Below are positions 52,355 through 62,925 of a stretch of DNA of 64,000 bases, in pieces. A program made the position numbers and the translations under genes. Within the stretch, counting starts at the first letter, position 1, and each line of letters starts with the position of its first letter. Location of the stretch: positions 32,001-96,000 of the forward strand of contig CAWHWX010000034.1 of the NCBI GenBank assembly GCA_963833125.1, read 5' to 3'. Source of the DNA: Candidatus Bathyarchaeota archaeon. GTDB taxonomy: Archaea > Thermoproteota > Bathyarchaeia > 40CM-2-53-6. The notes beneath the pieces are model-generated. The model ran no database searches. It saw only the letters and a program-made list of their open reading frames with translations, and was not told where the DNA came from.

Positions 52355-52684
52355 GTGTCCTTGGAAACGGAGAAACGCCGAATTAAGTTCCTGTACTGGG
52401 AAGAATGCCAGTCTCACAATGAAGCTCTCATCCGTCTAAAGAAAGTTCTGAGTGAAGCTCGTATCGACGCCGAAATTGAAGTAATTCGCGTACAATCGAA
52501 CGAAGATGCGAAACGGCTTCGGTTCATAGGCTCCCCGACAATCACGGTGGACGGAAGAGACATTCAACCGCCAACAAGCACCCATTATGCGTTGACTTGC
52601 AGGGCCTATCAGTTGGAGGATGGGCGTATCTCTCCTTTACCCTCCGAGGCTACGATTTGCAGAGCACTAAAGCGAGAATCTTAA
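52355..52684 (+). CDS. Small thioredoxin-fold protein
   Basis: LYWEECQS, GSPTITVDGRDI, LTCRAY. Confidence 0.75.
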   Translation: MSLETEKRRIKFLYWEECQSHNEALIRLKKVLSEARIDAEIEVIRVQSNEDAKRLRFIGSPTITVDGRDIQPPTSTHYALTCRAYQLEDGRISPLPSEATICRALKRES

Positions 52685-52718
52685 GACTGCCAAGTCTTAC
52701 CTGACATGTGATTTCGCA

Positions 52719-53243
52719 TTGGCAAACCTGAAGGTCGGCGATTTCACATTGACCGGCACAGACGGCTTGAAACATTCTCTGAATGACTATCGGGGCAAGT
52801 ATGCTGTTGTGATTTTCAGCTGCAACCATTGTCCATATGTTCGCGCTTGGGAGGACCGTATGGTCGCGATTCAAAGGGACTATGCGGGGAAGGGTGTGCA
52901 ACTGATCGCCATAAACTCCAATGACGCATCACAATACCCAGAAGACAACTTCGAAAATATGAAGGCGAGAGCGAAGGAGAAACATTTCAACTTCCCATAC
53001 CTTCAGGACGGAGACCAGAAGATTGCCACATCATATGGTGCTCAACGAACTCCCGAAGTATTCGTCTTCGACACCGGATCCATCCTACGTTACCACGGGG
53101 CGATAGACGACAATTACGATGACCCCAAGGCGGTGAAGCGGCACTACCTACGCGATGCCCTCGATGCCCTTCTGGGCGGAACCAAGATACCCATCCCTGA
53201 TACTCAGCCTATCGGATGTACGATCAAATGGAAATCTAGCTGA
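52719..53243 (+). CDS. AhpC/TSA-type redoxin
   Basis: FSCNHCPYV, INSND, TPEVF, YHGAIDD, GCTIKW. Confidence 0.92.
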   Translation: MANLKVGDFTLTGTDGLKHSLNDYRGKYAVVIFSCNHCPYVRAWEDRMVAIQRDYAGKGVQLIAINSNDASQYPEDNFENMKARAKEKHFNFPYLQDGDQKIATSYGAQRTPEVFVFDTGSILRYHGAIDDNYDDPKAVKRHYLRDALDALLGGTKIPIPDTQPIGCTIKWKSS

Positions 53244-53568
53244 ACTAGAGCTGCCTTGTAGGTAACGTCAGGTTAACGGTTGTTAAGAGATTCCCGATTG
53301 TTTTCTGTTCGGAATTAGGGGGTGGATCCACCCCTCGAAGGGTGGTGCCAAACGGTGCCAAACGAAGGTAACCCTCGCCCCATTCTACGCCCCGATCCCC
53401 CCATACGAAGCAGTTTGCAGCAGCTCCCGACAAGCGACGTTACCGTCTTGTAACCCATCCCAATTCAAGAATCTTTGAACAGTTGATAGCAGCGCAGAGA
53501 GCTGCCTCCCGCAGAAAACTGGCCTAGAACTTCATATAATACACGTTTGGGTGGGCAGAAAGTCCGGA

Positions 53569-53940
53569 TCACACATAAGCCCACAGCTTGTACGCCGGTG
53601 TTTGCTTGCAAGTCTGGCTGCAGATGCAGAGCGGCTTAGGCGCGAATTCTGCGGGTACCCATGTCTCTAGAGAGAAGAGGGGGTCCTGTGAGCCACACTT
53701 CAAGCAGAAAACTCCTTCCATGGTCCAGGCGAACTTGTCGCTTCCGCAGATGCAAATTGGTTCTGCGTACTCGAAGTCTGCGGCGGAGAGTCGGCGGCTT
53801 CTGGCGATCACCTGCAGGTTCGAATATCTTCTTCTCTTCCACTCCAAATAGCAGGATTTGTTGCCGCACAGCTTCCGGGGTCGGCCGAAAATGTACTGCA
53901 TTTCCTGGCTACAAATCACACACCGACTGGTTTTCTCCAA
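53569..53940 (-). CDS. Cys-rich multi-zinc-finger orphan protein
   Basis: CVIC...CGNKSC, CIC...CLKC, CIC...C. Confidence 0.5.
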   Translation of the reverse strand: MEKTSRCVICSQEMQYIFGRPRKLCGNKSCYLEWKRRRYSNLQVIARSRRLSAADFEYAEPICICGSDKFAWTMEGVFCLKCGSQDPLFSLETWVPAEFAPKPLCICSQTCKQTPAYKLWAYV

Positions 53941-54548
53941 GCTATGCGACTCCTGACGAATTAGGCTCCTGAAATTTCTCGTGCCGCCTGTGACTCTGTA
54001 ATGAGCCTTAGGTTCCTCCGTTCGGCGCTAATGAATAACCCATGTAATATTCCCTTCTGGGACTCCCTTTCACAGGGGGTAGCAAAGTTGCTTAGCGGTC
54101 CGAAGAGCCTGGGACGGTGCACCGAAAGTACACCATCACTCACCTAGAGCTATCACCCCGTATGCTCAAACGTCCCTCAGACAAGCGCCGGTTAGTCAAA
54201 CAGGCGCTTCCTCTCGGTGACGCCGCTTGTCCAGCCGCACGCTTTTCCCGCCCTCGGCGGCGGTTTTCGCCGGTTTTTCCTTTTTTTCTCATTTTCTTTC
54301 TTTACTCTCCTTTTTGTGCGCCCCGTTAGCGCACCTGGTGCTAATTCCGTCGGAAAATCGGGTTCTATTTGCACCCGAATTTCCGTCGGCACGAAAAAGA
54401 CTAGGAAATGATCATTTCCAGGAATGTCGTCAACTCTGTGCGCTTCGATTTATTGGAGCGGTGGGGCCAACATTAGAGCAGTTTAGGCGCGGCTTCATGT
54501 ATCGGGGCCAATATCTGCAGTCGCACTCGCCAATCGTCGTCGGGTCGG

Positions 54549-54791
54549 GTGAAAAAGGGAAAGCCCGTGAGAGTAATCGTTGAATGCTTTGGCAAAGACC
54601 AAGACGTATTCAATCGAGCGTACCGGCTCGTGGGCGAAAACGGAATAACCGTCACCAACTTCACGACTCCGGGTGCCGTTGAGAAGTCGAGCGTAGGATC
54701 TTTCGTCGCGAATGGTCAGTACGCTACGGTTTCTTACGATGGTGCCTTAGAAGCTTTGTTCTCTGTCAGAAACGTGAGTACGTATTTCTGA
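54549..54791 (+). CDS. Small hypothetical protein
   Basis: 80-aa ORF ending 19 nt before the methyltransferase. Confidence 0.45.
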   Translation: MKKGKPVRVIVECFGKDQDVFNRAYRLVGENGITVTNFTTPGAVEKSSVGSFVANGQYATVSYDGALEALFSVRNVSTYF

Positions 54792-54810
54792 TGTTAGACG
54801 GGTATCGGAT

Positions 54811-55563
54811 TTGGAGATAGATCCAAAGAAACGATTTTCGAGACGTGCTGGGTACTATTCGCGCTATCGACCCGGTTACCCGGAGTCTCTCCTTCGCTAC
54901 ATGGAACGGGAACTATCCTTCTCGCAAGATTCAGTTGTGGCTGATGTGGGTTCAGGGACGGGTATCCTATCTGAACTCATGCTGAAGAACGGGAATAGGG
55001 TATTCGGGGTTGAACCGAACGACGATATGCGGCGCATAGCGGAAGCGAATTTGGCGAAATACCTGAACCTCACGAGCATAAGTGGCTCGGCTGAATCAAC
55101 AACGCTCGAGAATAGGAGCATAGACTTCATCGCCGCCGCACAGGCGTTCCATTGGTTCGATCCGGAGAAGGCTAGGGCGGAATTCCGTCGCATTCTACGA
55201 GATGGAGGATGGGTGGTTTTGGTCTGGAACACCCGTAAGACTTCGACAAGTTTCCTCGAGGCTTACGATGAGCTCGTAAGTTGGGTCTCAGATAAACGAA
55301 GAGTCCGGCATGAGGACGTGACCGATCAAACGCTGAAGAATTTCCTAGGAGATTATCGGGCTGTCAAATTGGATAATTCGCAGAAATTGGATTACGAGGG
55401 ACTGGTTGGTAGGTTGTTGTCATGGTCATACGCTCCGCAGCGAGGGGACGCATTGTTCGACGAGATGATTACCCGAGTATCCCAACTCTTCAACCTCCAT
55501 CACGTAGATGGGGTTGTTACTCTCGAATATGAAACCGAAGTTTACGCCGGACAACTCGATTGA
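54811..55563 (+). CDS. Class I SAM-dependent methyltransferase
   Basis: YRPGYP, ADVGSGTG, GVEPN, AQAFHWFD. Confidence 0.92.
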   Translation: MEIDPKKRFSRRAGYYSRYRPGYPESLLRYMERELSFSQDSVVADVGSGTGILSELMLKNGNRVFGVEPNDDMRRIAEANLAKYLNLTSISGSAESTTLENRSIDFIAAAQAFHWFDPEKARAEFRRILRDGGWVVLVWNTRKTSTSFLEAYDELVSWVSDKRRVRHEDVTDQTLKNFLGDYRAVKLDNSQKLDYEGLVGRLLSWSYAPQRGDALFDEMITRVSQLFNLHHVDGVVTLEYETEVYAGQLD

Positions 55564-55939
55564 TGCGAGGATTATCAGGGAACCATCGACTCCTTCCGAC
55601 GAGTGGTTCTGGAGCATGATTTCTACATCGGAAACCTAGGGGTTCACTAGTCGAAAGTTGTGAAACGATAACCACAAAATGTCCCTTATTCTGACTTGTT
55701 ACAGAATTCATGACTTACTTTTCTTCTCTGATGGGAGATGGGGCCCCTTTACCTCAGCGAGGTCTCAATTCTTAGATCAATCAGAGATTGGGGAGGTAGC
55801 CGTGAAAACACTGTTTCCCGATAGGTATCAGAATTGAATTGTTTTCAGCAAATCCAACAATCGAAGTCGTGGAGTTCTGTCTGGCTTTGTGTTGTGAACC
55901 GCTTTCTTCTTCCGCAACTTCTTCAGGTGTGGAATCTAA

Positions 55940-56399
55940 ATGGCAAACAGACCTCGATCACTGACCGTACTTGACCGTCCCACGATAGGAAATATCCCGA
56001 GAGAAGATTACTATGCGGAGCGACAGAAGCGATGGGTGTGGGTTTTCCCAAAGATCGACAAGCACTCGACTCTAAATCAGATCGTAGACCTCGACAGTTT
56101 CTGCACTATTCTCTTCCCACATAGCATAAAGAAACAGGGAGTTGCGAAGGCAATAATCCAGATTCTCGTTGAAGAAAAGAGGCCGATGTACCTCCGAGAT
56201 CTTCACCACAGGGTGGTTGAGAGAATCAAGGTAAGCGCCGCAAACCCTCAGCGACACCTACAAAGCGATGCTCCGAAGCGGGCTTCTAGAGAAAAAATAC
56301 CGGAATGAGCCTACGAAGTTGAGTGTGCAGTTCGCGAATCGGTTACGCGACCTGGCATCTTATTGGGACAATTACCTCGTTGCGAAGAAAGCTAGCTGA
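55940..56399 (+). CDS. Putative winged-helix protein, frameshift near 56238
   Basis: Restored C-terminus PQTLSDTYKAMLRSGLLEKKY...LSVQFANRLRDLASYW. Confidence 0.6.
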
Positions 56400-56444
56400 C
56401 ATCCAATTTATTGGAGTGTTAGCGAACCATCCACTTTTTTGGAC

Positions 56445-56870
56445 CTAGGCCGTATACCTCGAATCCGGCTTGGTTGCCGGAGTAGGTTGAGGTTGTTGTG
56501 GGATTGGTGGCAGCGGTGGCGGAACGTTCAGACTTCTGGAAATTAGAATCGCGTCAGCCATCGCAGCATTAGAAACGGCCTGCACGAGTTGAACGGGTGG
56601 AGCTTTCTGGGCCTTATGTTCCTCCAGAATTTTCTTCGTGTCCTCAGCATCGCCTGTAATCTTTGCCTTACCCTTGATGCTGATCTGCGCGATTGATGGC
56701 GTGAAATTTACCGTGAAGACGAAAGGTGCGTCGAGGCTTCCGTCGGATCTCTGATCAATGTCGAGCATGTTTATGTTCACTCCAATTTGGACTTGGGGCG
56801 GCATCGGGCGGTCAATTTCCCAGAATCTCTCGGCCGACATACTGGTAACAAATATGTTCACATGAATCAT
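56445..56870 (-). CDS. Conserved archaeal protein (SecB-like fold suspected)
   Basis: Beta-rich N-terminus, FVFTVNFTP..AQISIKGKA, LNVPPPLP tail. Confidence 0.65.
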   Translation of the reverse strand: MIHVNIFVTSMSAERFWEIDRPMPPQVQIGVNINMLDIDQRSDGSLDAPFVFTVNFTPSIAQISIKGKAKITGDAEDTKKILEEHKAQKAPPVQLVQAVSNAAMADAILISRSLNVPPPLPPIPQQPQPTPATKPDSRYTA

Positions 56871-57042
56871 GTCGCTTGTCTACTCAATTGCAGCCGACTT
56901 GTCATTTCCGCTTTAAACGTTATCGCATGGGCCGCTTAAACGGGGTTCTTTGGTGCTGAAAATTGACTAGTTGATGGGTATAAGGACTAAACCCGTTTTC
57001 CGTCAGAATTAGGATAGGAATTTGAACCCGAAGTGGTAAGTA

Positions 57043-57297
57043 TTGAAAGAAGCCGTTGCTAGTTTTGTGGTAACGAAAAAGAGGATGCCGGACGGACGGG
57101 TGTACGAGTCGCCTCGAATTTACCTCCCGACCAAGCTTACGACAGATTCAAACTTCCCTTTCACGAAGGAATCGTTGAGGCTGTACGTGAGAGTATCCGG
57201 AAAGAGGCTGATGGTGGAGCGAGCCGCCCCGACCGTGCTCAAGAGGTTCGGACGATTCAAGAGGAAAGTCCGTAAGGCTAGGTCGAGGAAACGCTAG
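57043..57297 (+). CDS. AbrB-like small protein with basic tail
   Basis: RIYLPTKLTTDSNFPF, similar to 44941-45120. Confidence 0.65.
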   Translation: MKEAVASFVVTKKRMPDGRVYESPRIYLPTKLTTDSNFPFTKESLRLYVRVSGKRLMVERAAPTVLKRFGRFKRKVRKARSRKR

Positions 57298-57991
57298 GCC
57301 CCACTGCGAAGTGTAGACGAAACGCGTTATCGGGCATTTGTTCAGCCCTCACGATCGACACCTTCCCTACTTCAGACAGCGCTGAAACATGGGTTCCTCC
57401 GCAAGGAATGGGATTGCAACCTTTGATGCTAACAGTCCTGATTTCAGAAAGATCAGGAAGTCGTTCGTAGTTCGGGGCGTTCTGAAGAAGAGATTTTGCA
57501 GATTCAGGATTCAGAAACTCAATCTGTACCTCCCCGCCTCCAACTACCATTTGGTTGGCCAGGGCCTCGGCCTGTTGTAGAGTTTGTGCGTCAGGAGGTG
57601 CACCTGTGTATCCCACGTAACAAGGATCATCCAACCAAGAGTCTGTTGTCTGTACTCTGCTCGAGGTTATCTGTGCAAGGCAGTGATCGAGCAAATGCGC
57701 AGCCGTGTGCCTCCGCATAACCAAATGTCTGTACTCCCAATCAATCTCGCACGTAGCCCCACCTACCGACGGTGTTCCCCGGGTTAGTTTCGCCCAGTGA
57801 ATTACGACGCCGTTGTGGAAGATTGCTTTCTTCACAACTACCTCATAACTGGCCGAACGAATCACTCCTCGATCGGAGGGCTGTCCTCCCCCTTTCGGAT
57901 GGAAAATTGTTCGATCAAGAATCAGATATGCATGTGTCCGTTTTTCGGGAACAATCTTGAGAACCGTCGCTTGGTCCAGACGAGACGCCAT
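57278..57991 (-). CDS. alaX: Free-standing alanyl-tRNA editing protein
   Basis: LDRTIFHPKGGGQPSDRG, RHTAAHLL, PCGGTHV. Confidence 0.9.
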   Translation of the reverse strand: MASRLDQATVLKIVPEKRTHAYLILDRTIFHPKGGGQPSDRGVIRSASYEVVVKKAIFHNGVVIHWAKLTRGTPSVGGATCEIDWEYRHLVMRRHTAAHLLDHCLAQITSSRVQTTDSWLDDPCYVGYTGAPPDAQTLQQAEALANQMVVGGGEVQIEFLNPESAKSLLQNAPNYERLPDLSEIRTVSIKGCNPIPCGGTHVSALSEVGKVSIVRAEQMPDNAFRLHFAVGPSVSST

Positions 57992-58130
57992 TTCGCGCAG
58001 ATATACCAAGTTGGTTCTTGGTTGTCCGGCTGCAATTGTTGCCAGTTCCAAGACTCTACTTTCACTCCGGGATTTCCCCAGACAAGGATACTTATAAGAA
58101 AACGGTCGGTATAGGCCGCTCTGATTTACG

Positions 58131-58634
58131 GTGAATTCGAAGCAAGTCGTGGCAGCAATCTCAGCGGTAATCTTAGTAGTCATCCTAGTCTACCCTGCCG
58201 TATCGATGGGTACTGTCTCCGTTTCATTACGGTCAGCGGGTATAAGCAAAGCCGACCACGTTTACGTTACCGTTGATAGCGTCTGGGCACACCCAAAAGG
58301 CCAGGCGAGCGGAGGGGGATGGAGGTTGGTTTCCAACCAATCGGTGAGTATAGATTTGATTTCTGTTGAAAATTCAACTCAATTACTTGGAGCTGGCCAA
58401 GTTCCTTCTGGCGATTATGACTCAATCCGGATAGAAGTCTCGAACGTAACCTGGGTCTTCAACAAAACGACCACACCGCTCGGGATTGCGTCTCCGGAGA
58501 TCGACGGTACGCTGGATTTCACAATTGGCGCAGGCAAGAGTACAAACGTTTTGATCACTCTTAACTCTCAGCAGCAACTGATAGCAAATTCGGAATACTA
58601 CACCGCCACTATGATTGCGACTGAATCCACCTAA
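58131..58634 (+). CDS. Exported DUF4382-like protein
   Basis: N-terminal TM helix, HVYVTVDSVWAH, IDL, PSGDYDSIRI. Confidence 0.7.
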   Translation: MNSKQVVAAISAVILVVILVYPAVSMGTVSVSLRSAGISKADHVYVTVDSVWAHPKGQASGGGWRLVSNQSVSIDLISVENSTQLLGAGQVPSGDYDSIRIEVSNVTWVFNKTTTPLGIASPEIDGTLDFTIGAGKSTNVLITLNSQQQLIANSEYYTATMIATEST

Positions 58635-58694
58635 CTCGCGAAATGCGAACGCAGAAATACTAAACCGCCGGGTACCTGTTGGGGGATTGTTGTC

Positions 58695-59219
58695 ATGAGC
58701 GTTGCGGGAAAAGACCAAATCACTAAACTAATTCAAACCTACAAATGCGTATACCCGTTCGATTACGCGTTATTGGATGGTGATGGCTACGTTCTGACCG
58801 TCCGTGACGAGACGACCCTACACTATCTTGAACACCGGAATGTCATATCCTATGAGGTTGTGTTTACGCCCCCTAACTACGTATCCCACCTCACCGCCAA
58901 GAGCAAGTACGGACGAATGGGACTATCATTCCTCAATGCCGCTAAGGTTCACAGCGGATTCGTGGGACGTCTGGCACTCGAACTCGTCAACCTGAACAAT
59001 ACCCGGCAACCTATCACCATCAAACGCGGGGATCCGCTAATGCATATAGAGTACATCACTCGAGAGGGTGAACCGTCACCTTATCGAGGTGATTACATGT
59101 TCCAGTACATGAGCGACGATGAAGTCGCCCTCTACCTGGGCATTCTGAAGGAGCATTTCAAGGGGATCTTCGACATTGCCGAACTGGAGAAAGTCGCGAA
59201 AGAGAGGGTGCGCGGCTAA
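58695..59219 (+). CDS. dCTP deaminase/dUTPase-family protein
   Basis: AKSKYGRMGL, VHSGFVGRLALELVN, PSPYRGDY. Confidence 0.78.
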   Translation: MSVAGKDQITKLIQTYKCVYPFDYALLDGDGYVLTVRDETTLHYLEHRNVISYEVVFTPPNYVSHLTAKSKYGRMGLSFLNAAKVHSGFVGRLALELVNLNNTRQPITIKRGDPLMHIEYITREGEPSPYRGDYMFQYMSDDEVALYLGILKEHFKGIFDIAELEKVAKERVRG

Positions 59220-59220
59220 T

Positions 59221-60147
59221 CTATCTTCGTTGAAACTTTCCGAACCTCTTCCTTCTATTCCTATACAAGACTTGGACGCTAACGGCTGCGAACACAGCCA
59301 AGATCACTAGCGCAGCCATAATCCATTCCATTCCGCCCGTCCCAACGCTGACAAGAATAGTGTTCCCTTGAGCCCGGCTCAAACCCGAGACAGAGATCAT
59401 CGCGCTGTAGCCATAACTAGCTACGTAGTCCGCGGTCACGTTCTTGCGCTGAATCCTCATATCGAAGTTGAAAAGTTGGGGAGGTGAGTATCGCCAAGTA
59501 GTTGTGTTGTTTGTAAGGGTGTAGGTTCGATTCCATTGATTCAGCGTTGGACTAAGGTAGCCGAAGTCCAGCATCGTGAAGTTACCTACATAATCCTGAG
59601 CTTGCGTAGGGTTGAAGGATGTCCCGTTAACGAAGAAGGTCACTCCATTAATCGTCGCGTTAGGACTGCCGACCAAACGACTCGCATTCGCATAATATGC
59701 GACAGCCGGTCTAAAGTAGCGACTTCCTATCGTATTATAGCTGAAATTTTCAGCTCGCAGATCTGAGGTCACATTGAACGGCAACCACGTCATGTTGACG
59801 GAAACGATGTCCCCATTCCTCTGCGAAACACCGGTCACATCCAATGTACATGTGAGATTAAGCGAAGCCTTCGTTGAAGTTATTCCAACACTCAGACCAG
59901 ATGAGGCAGCGTTGGGGTTTGCGTGGCTTAGGGCTTGATCGAAGGCCGTGGATAGGTTCGATTGCGAAGTAGAATCTACGGTTGTTGTAATGTTCGGTAG
60001 CGCGGTTATGTTTTGAACCAACGAAAGAGAAATCGATGTGTGCACCTGCTGTCCCTGAATGTTTACGGTGACGTTGGATGCTGAGGCGGGAACATAGAGT
60101 GTAGACATGAGGAATATGGCTAATGTTATGATTGCAATAGGGCGCAA
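59221..60147 (-). CDS. Secreted, C-terminally anchored surface glycoprotein
   Basis: Signal peptide, many N-x-S/T sequons, C-terminal TM helix and basic tail. Confidence 0.75.
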   Translation of the reverse strand: MRPIAIITLAIFLMSTLYVPASASNVTVNIQGQQVHTSISLSLVQNITALPNITTTVDSTSQSNLSTAFDQALSHANPNAASSGLSVGITSTKASLNLTCTLDVTGVSQRNGDIVSVNMTWLPFNVTSDLRAENFSYNTIGSRYFRPAVAYYANASRLVGSPNATINGVTFFVNGTSFNPTQAQDYVGNFTMLDFGYLSPTLNQWNRTYTLTNNTTTWRYSPPQLFNFDMRIQRKNVTADYVASYGYSAMISVSGLSRAQGNTILVSVGTGGMEWIMAALVILAVFAAVSVQVLYRNRRKRFGKFQRR

Positions 60148-60228
60148 TGGTCGGCACTTTCCGTCTCATTTGGGCTTTTAGCGGAACCAGAACTACGTTT
60201 GGTATTTAAGAGTTGAAAAGAAAGTGGA

Positions 60229-61458
60229 CTATTGGCTCGCGATGAAGTCCTTACCTAGAAGTTCTCGTGCCACGATGATTTTCATGATCTCGGTTGATCC
60301 TTCTGCTAACATGTAGGATCGTACGCCTCGTAATCCCATCTCAATCGGGCAATCGAGTGTGTACCCGTAGGCTCCGAACCATTGCAACACGTCATTTATC
60401 ACTTCGAAGGCTGTTACCGGTGCCAACATTTTTGCCTCTGCGATAGATTTGGTGACCTCAAATCTGCCAAACGTTTTGTTTCTCTCTTCCTGATCGTACA
60501 TCCAGAGCCCTCTGTATGCCAGAAGACGGGCGGCATCTACACGGGTGTAGTCTTCTGCGAGCTTGAATTGAACACCCTCAAAACTTCCAATATAGTGACC
60601 GAACGCTTTGCGTTGTTTAATGTACTCCATTCCGGAATCCAATGCAGCCATTGCTGCACCACAACATACGAGTGCAATGATACCGCGAGCAAAGTCGAAG
60701 CCTTGCATAGCGTAGTAGAACCCCTTGTTCTCTTCGCCGAGTCTATTGCCAAGGGGCACGTGAACATTTTTCATTAGAAATCCGCCGGCAGACATGCCTC
60801 TTCGACCCATTTCCTCGAGGTAACTTGGAGTCAGACCGTCGGTATTTTTGAACGGCACGAAGAAGAGTGATATCCCCTTGGTCCCAGCCGAGGGATCAGT
60901 TTTGGCTAAGACCATGTATCCGCTACCATCAGACATCTGCTCGTTAGCTTCCCTGATGCCGCTGATGTACATTTTTTCACCATTCAATATGTACTCATCA
61001 CCGACCCGTTTCGCAGTGGTGGACATGTTTCCGAGATCGGATCCTACTCCAGCCTCTGTTGCCGCGATTCCCAGGAAACCTTTGCCCTGAGCAATCTTCG
61101 GGAGTGTTTTCTTCTTCAGTTCAGGGGAGCCGAATTTGTTTAGCACGTGGCTCCACGCGACAGGTACAAGGTAGAGTACTGCTGTAGCGCAGCTTAGATC
61201 CGCCCTTCCGATCTCTTCACCCGCTATGCCCGCGGAGATGGCATCTGCTGCTGATCCTGAATACTCGGTAGGAATCGATAAGCCGAACAATCCCATCTTG
61301 GCCAAGCCGTGAATTATCGAGTCGGGCATGCGTGCGTTTTGTTCCATTTCTCGTGAATGTGGACTGATTTCTTTGTTACAGAACTCTCTCACGATCTTGC
61401 GGAATAGTTCATGCTCTGGGCTGAAGTTGAAATCCACTTCTTCTGCCTCGCTCGGCAT
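60229..61458 (-). CDS. Acyl-CoA dehydrogenase
   Basis: TEAGVGSD, LNGEKMYIS, QRKAFG, FGAYGY, AEGSTEIMK. Confidence 0.95.
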   Translation of the reverse strand: MPSEAEEVDFNFSPEHELFRKIVREFCNKEISPHSREMEQNARMPDSIIHGLAKMGLFGLSIPTEYSGSAADAISAGIAGEEIGRADLSCATAVLYLVPVAWSHVLNKFGSPELKKKTLPKIAQGKGFLGIAATEAGVGSDLGNMSTTAKRVGDEYILNGEKMYISGIREANEQMSDGSGYMVLAKTDPSAGTKGISLFFVPFKNTDGLTPSYLEEMGRRGMSAGGFLMKNVHVPLGNRLGEENKGFYYAMQGFDFARGIIALVCCGAAMAALDSGMEYIKQRKAFGHYIGSFEGVQFKLAEDYTRVDAARLLAYRGLWMYDQEERNKTFGRFEVTKSIAEAKMLAPVTAFEVINDVLQWFGAYGYTLDCPIEMGLRGVRSYMLAEGSTEIMKIIVARELLGKDFIASQ

Positions 61459-61542
61459 GGGCGAACGGCGGCGATATGGATGCTTTGTTCATAGAGTAGC
61501 TAGATTACAAACTATGTTGAAGCTTACTTTGCCTTGCCGAAT

Positions 61543-61866
61543 CTAACGAACTATGGTTCCAGGTGGGACCTCTTCCGCTACAGTCAACCAAACGGGTTTG
61601 CCTTGGTGATCTGCGGCTAGTAACATGACCTCGGACTGCACTCCTGCAATCGTCTTCGGTTGCATGTTAGTCAAGACTACCACTTGCTTTCCGATGAAGC
61701 TGCTCGGCTCATAGAATTCTGCCCCGCCCGCGATTGCTTGTGCAGTCCTATCCCCAATGTCGACTTGAACCTTGAGAATTTTCTTCATGTTCGGAATCCT
61801 TTCGGCGCCAGTTATCTTACCCACTTTGAATGAAAGTTTTTGGAAGTCACTGAATGAGACGCTCAT
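61543..61866 (-). CDS. tRNA-binding OB-fold protein (Trbp111/CsaA/MetG C-terminal type)
   Basis: DFQKLSFKVGKI, NMQPKTIAGVQSEVMLLAA. Confidence 0.9.
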   Translation of the reverse strand: MSVSFSDFQKLSFKVGKITGAERIPNMKKILKVQVDIGDRTAQAIAGGAEFYEPSSFIGKQVVVLTNMQPKTIAGVQSEVMLLAADHQGKPVWLTVAEEVPPGTIVR

Positions 61867-61882
61867 AATCTCGGCCCCTAAG

Positions 61883-62818
61883 TTATTTCTTTAGTGTCCT
61901 TATGAGTTCCTCTGCCACCATCGTGCTCTCCAGCCGTTGGCATTCAATTGTCTGTGCGCCGATGTGCGATGTACACACCACGTTAGGTAGCGCAACTAGT
62001 TCCTTCTCCCAAGCGTCCTTAGGTGGTTCAGTGTGAAACACGTCAAGACCTGCGCCCGCCAGTTTGCCTGATTTGAGAGCTTGCAACAGCGCCTGCCCGT
62101 CAATAATGTCGCCCCTTGACGGGTTGACCACAACCGCCCCGTCCCGCATATTCGTGATTGTCTTTGAGTTGATGAGATAATGGGTCGATGGAAGATATGG
62201 GACATGGATTGTGACGATATCCGATCCGCCAAGGAGGTCCTCAACCTTCCCAACTGCACGAAACCCTAAGGTGCGCGCTTTCTCAGTAAGATCCAGAACA
62301 TCATAACCGATCACTTTCGTTTCGAAACCCTGTAAGCAGATTCTAGCCACTTCCAGGCCGATTCGGCCGGCTGCACCGACGACTCCTACAGTTTTGCCCT
62401 TGAGTTCCCTACCCATCAGCTCGGACTTCGCCCATTTGCCCTCTTTCATGGCTCGATCTGCAAATGATATCTTTCGAAGTACCGCCAAGACTAGCCCAAC
62501 CGTTAATTCAGCTACGCTGGTCGTGGGTGCGGCGGGTGTTGAGATTATTTTAATTGTTTTCTTGCGGGCAGCTTCCAAGTCGATGTTATCCAGTCCAACC
62601 CCCGATCTGGCCACCGCCCGAAGCTTCACACCAGCATTGATGATGGCGCTGGTCACCTTAGTGCGCCCGCGAACAACTAAAGCGTCGAAGTCGGGTATGA
62701 CGTTCATTAATTGCTCTGGCGTGAGGTTAGATTCCACTCTAACCTCGAAGCCCGACGCTTTCATCGAAGCGATACCGTCTTCATGAATTGGGTCCGTGAC
62801 AAGTATTTTGGCCGTCAT
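61883..62818 (-). CDS. D-2-hydroxyacid dehydrogenase (SerA-like, no ACT domain)
   Basis: GVGLDNID, SVAEL, GAAGRIG, NPSRG, LDVFHTEP, SHIGAQT. Confidence 0.92.
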   Translation of the reverse strand: MTAKILVTDPIHEDGIASMKASGFEVRVESNLTPEQLMNVIPDFDALVVRGRTKVTSAIINAGVKLRAVARSGVGLDNIDLEAARKKTIKIISTPAAPTTSVAELTVGLVLAVLRKISFADRAMKEGKWAKSELMGRELKGKTVGVVGAAGRIGLEVARICLQGFETKVIGYDVLDLTEKARTLGFRAVGKVEDLLGGSDIVTIHVPYLPSTHYLINSKTITNMRDGAVVVNPSRGDIIDGQALLQALKSGKLAGAGLDVFHTEPPKDAWEKELVALPNVVCTSHIGAQTIECQRLESTMVAEELIRTLKK

Positions 62819-62925
62819 TTTGAAATCAAACCTGTGAGAGCTTTGCGAATACTAATATGAACTTCTGGTAGGTTTCAAAGGTGGATTAATCAAGAGCCGA
62901 TTTACCCATCTACAGGAGGCTTAGT

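Noticed and set aside
53344-53363. Tandem repeat as a CRISPR remnant
   Set aside because: Only two adjacent 10-bp units with no spacers and no cas genes
53280-53530. RNase P RNA, SRP RNA or another intron-rich tRNA
   Set aside because: I could not assemble the GAGGAAAGUCC/P4 pairing, the SRP helix 8 motif, or acceptor and T arms
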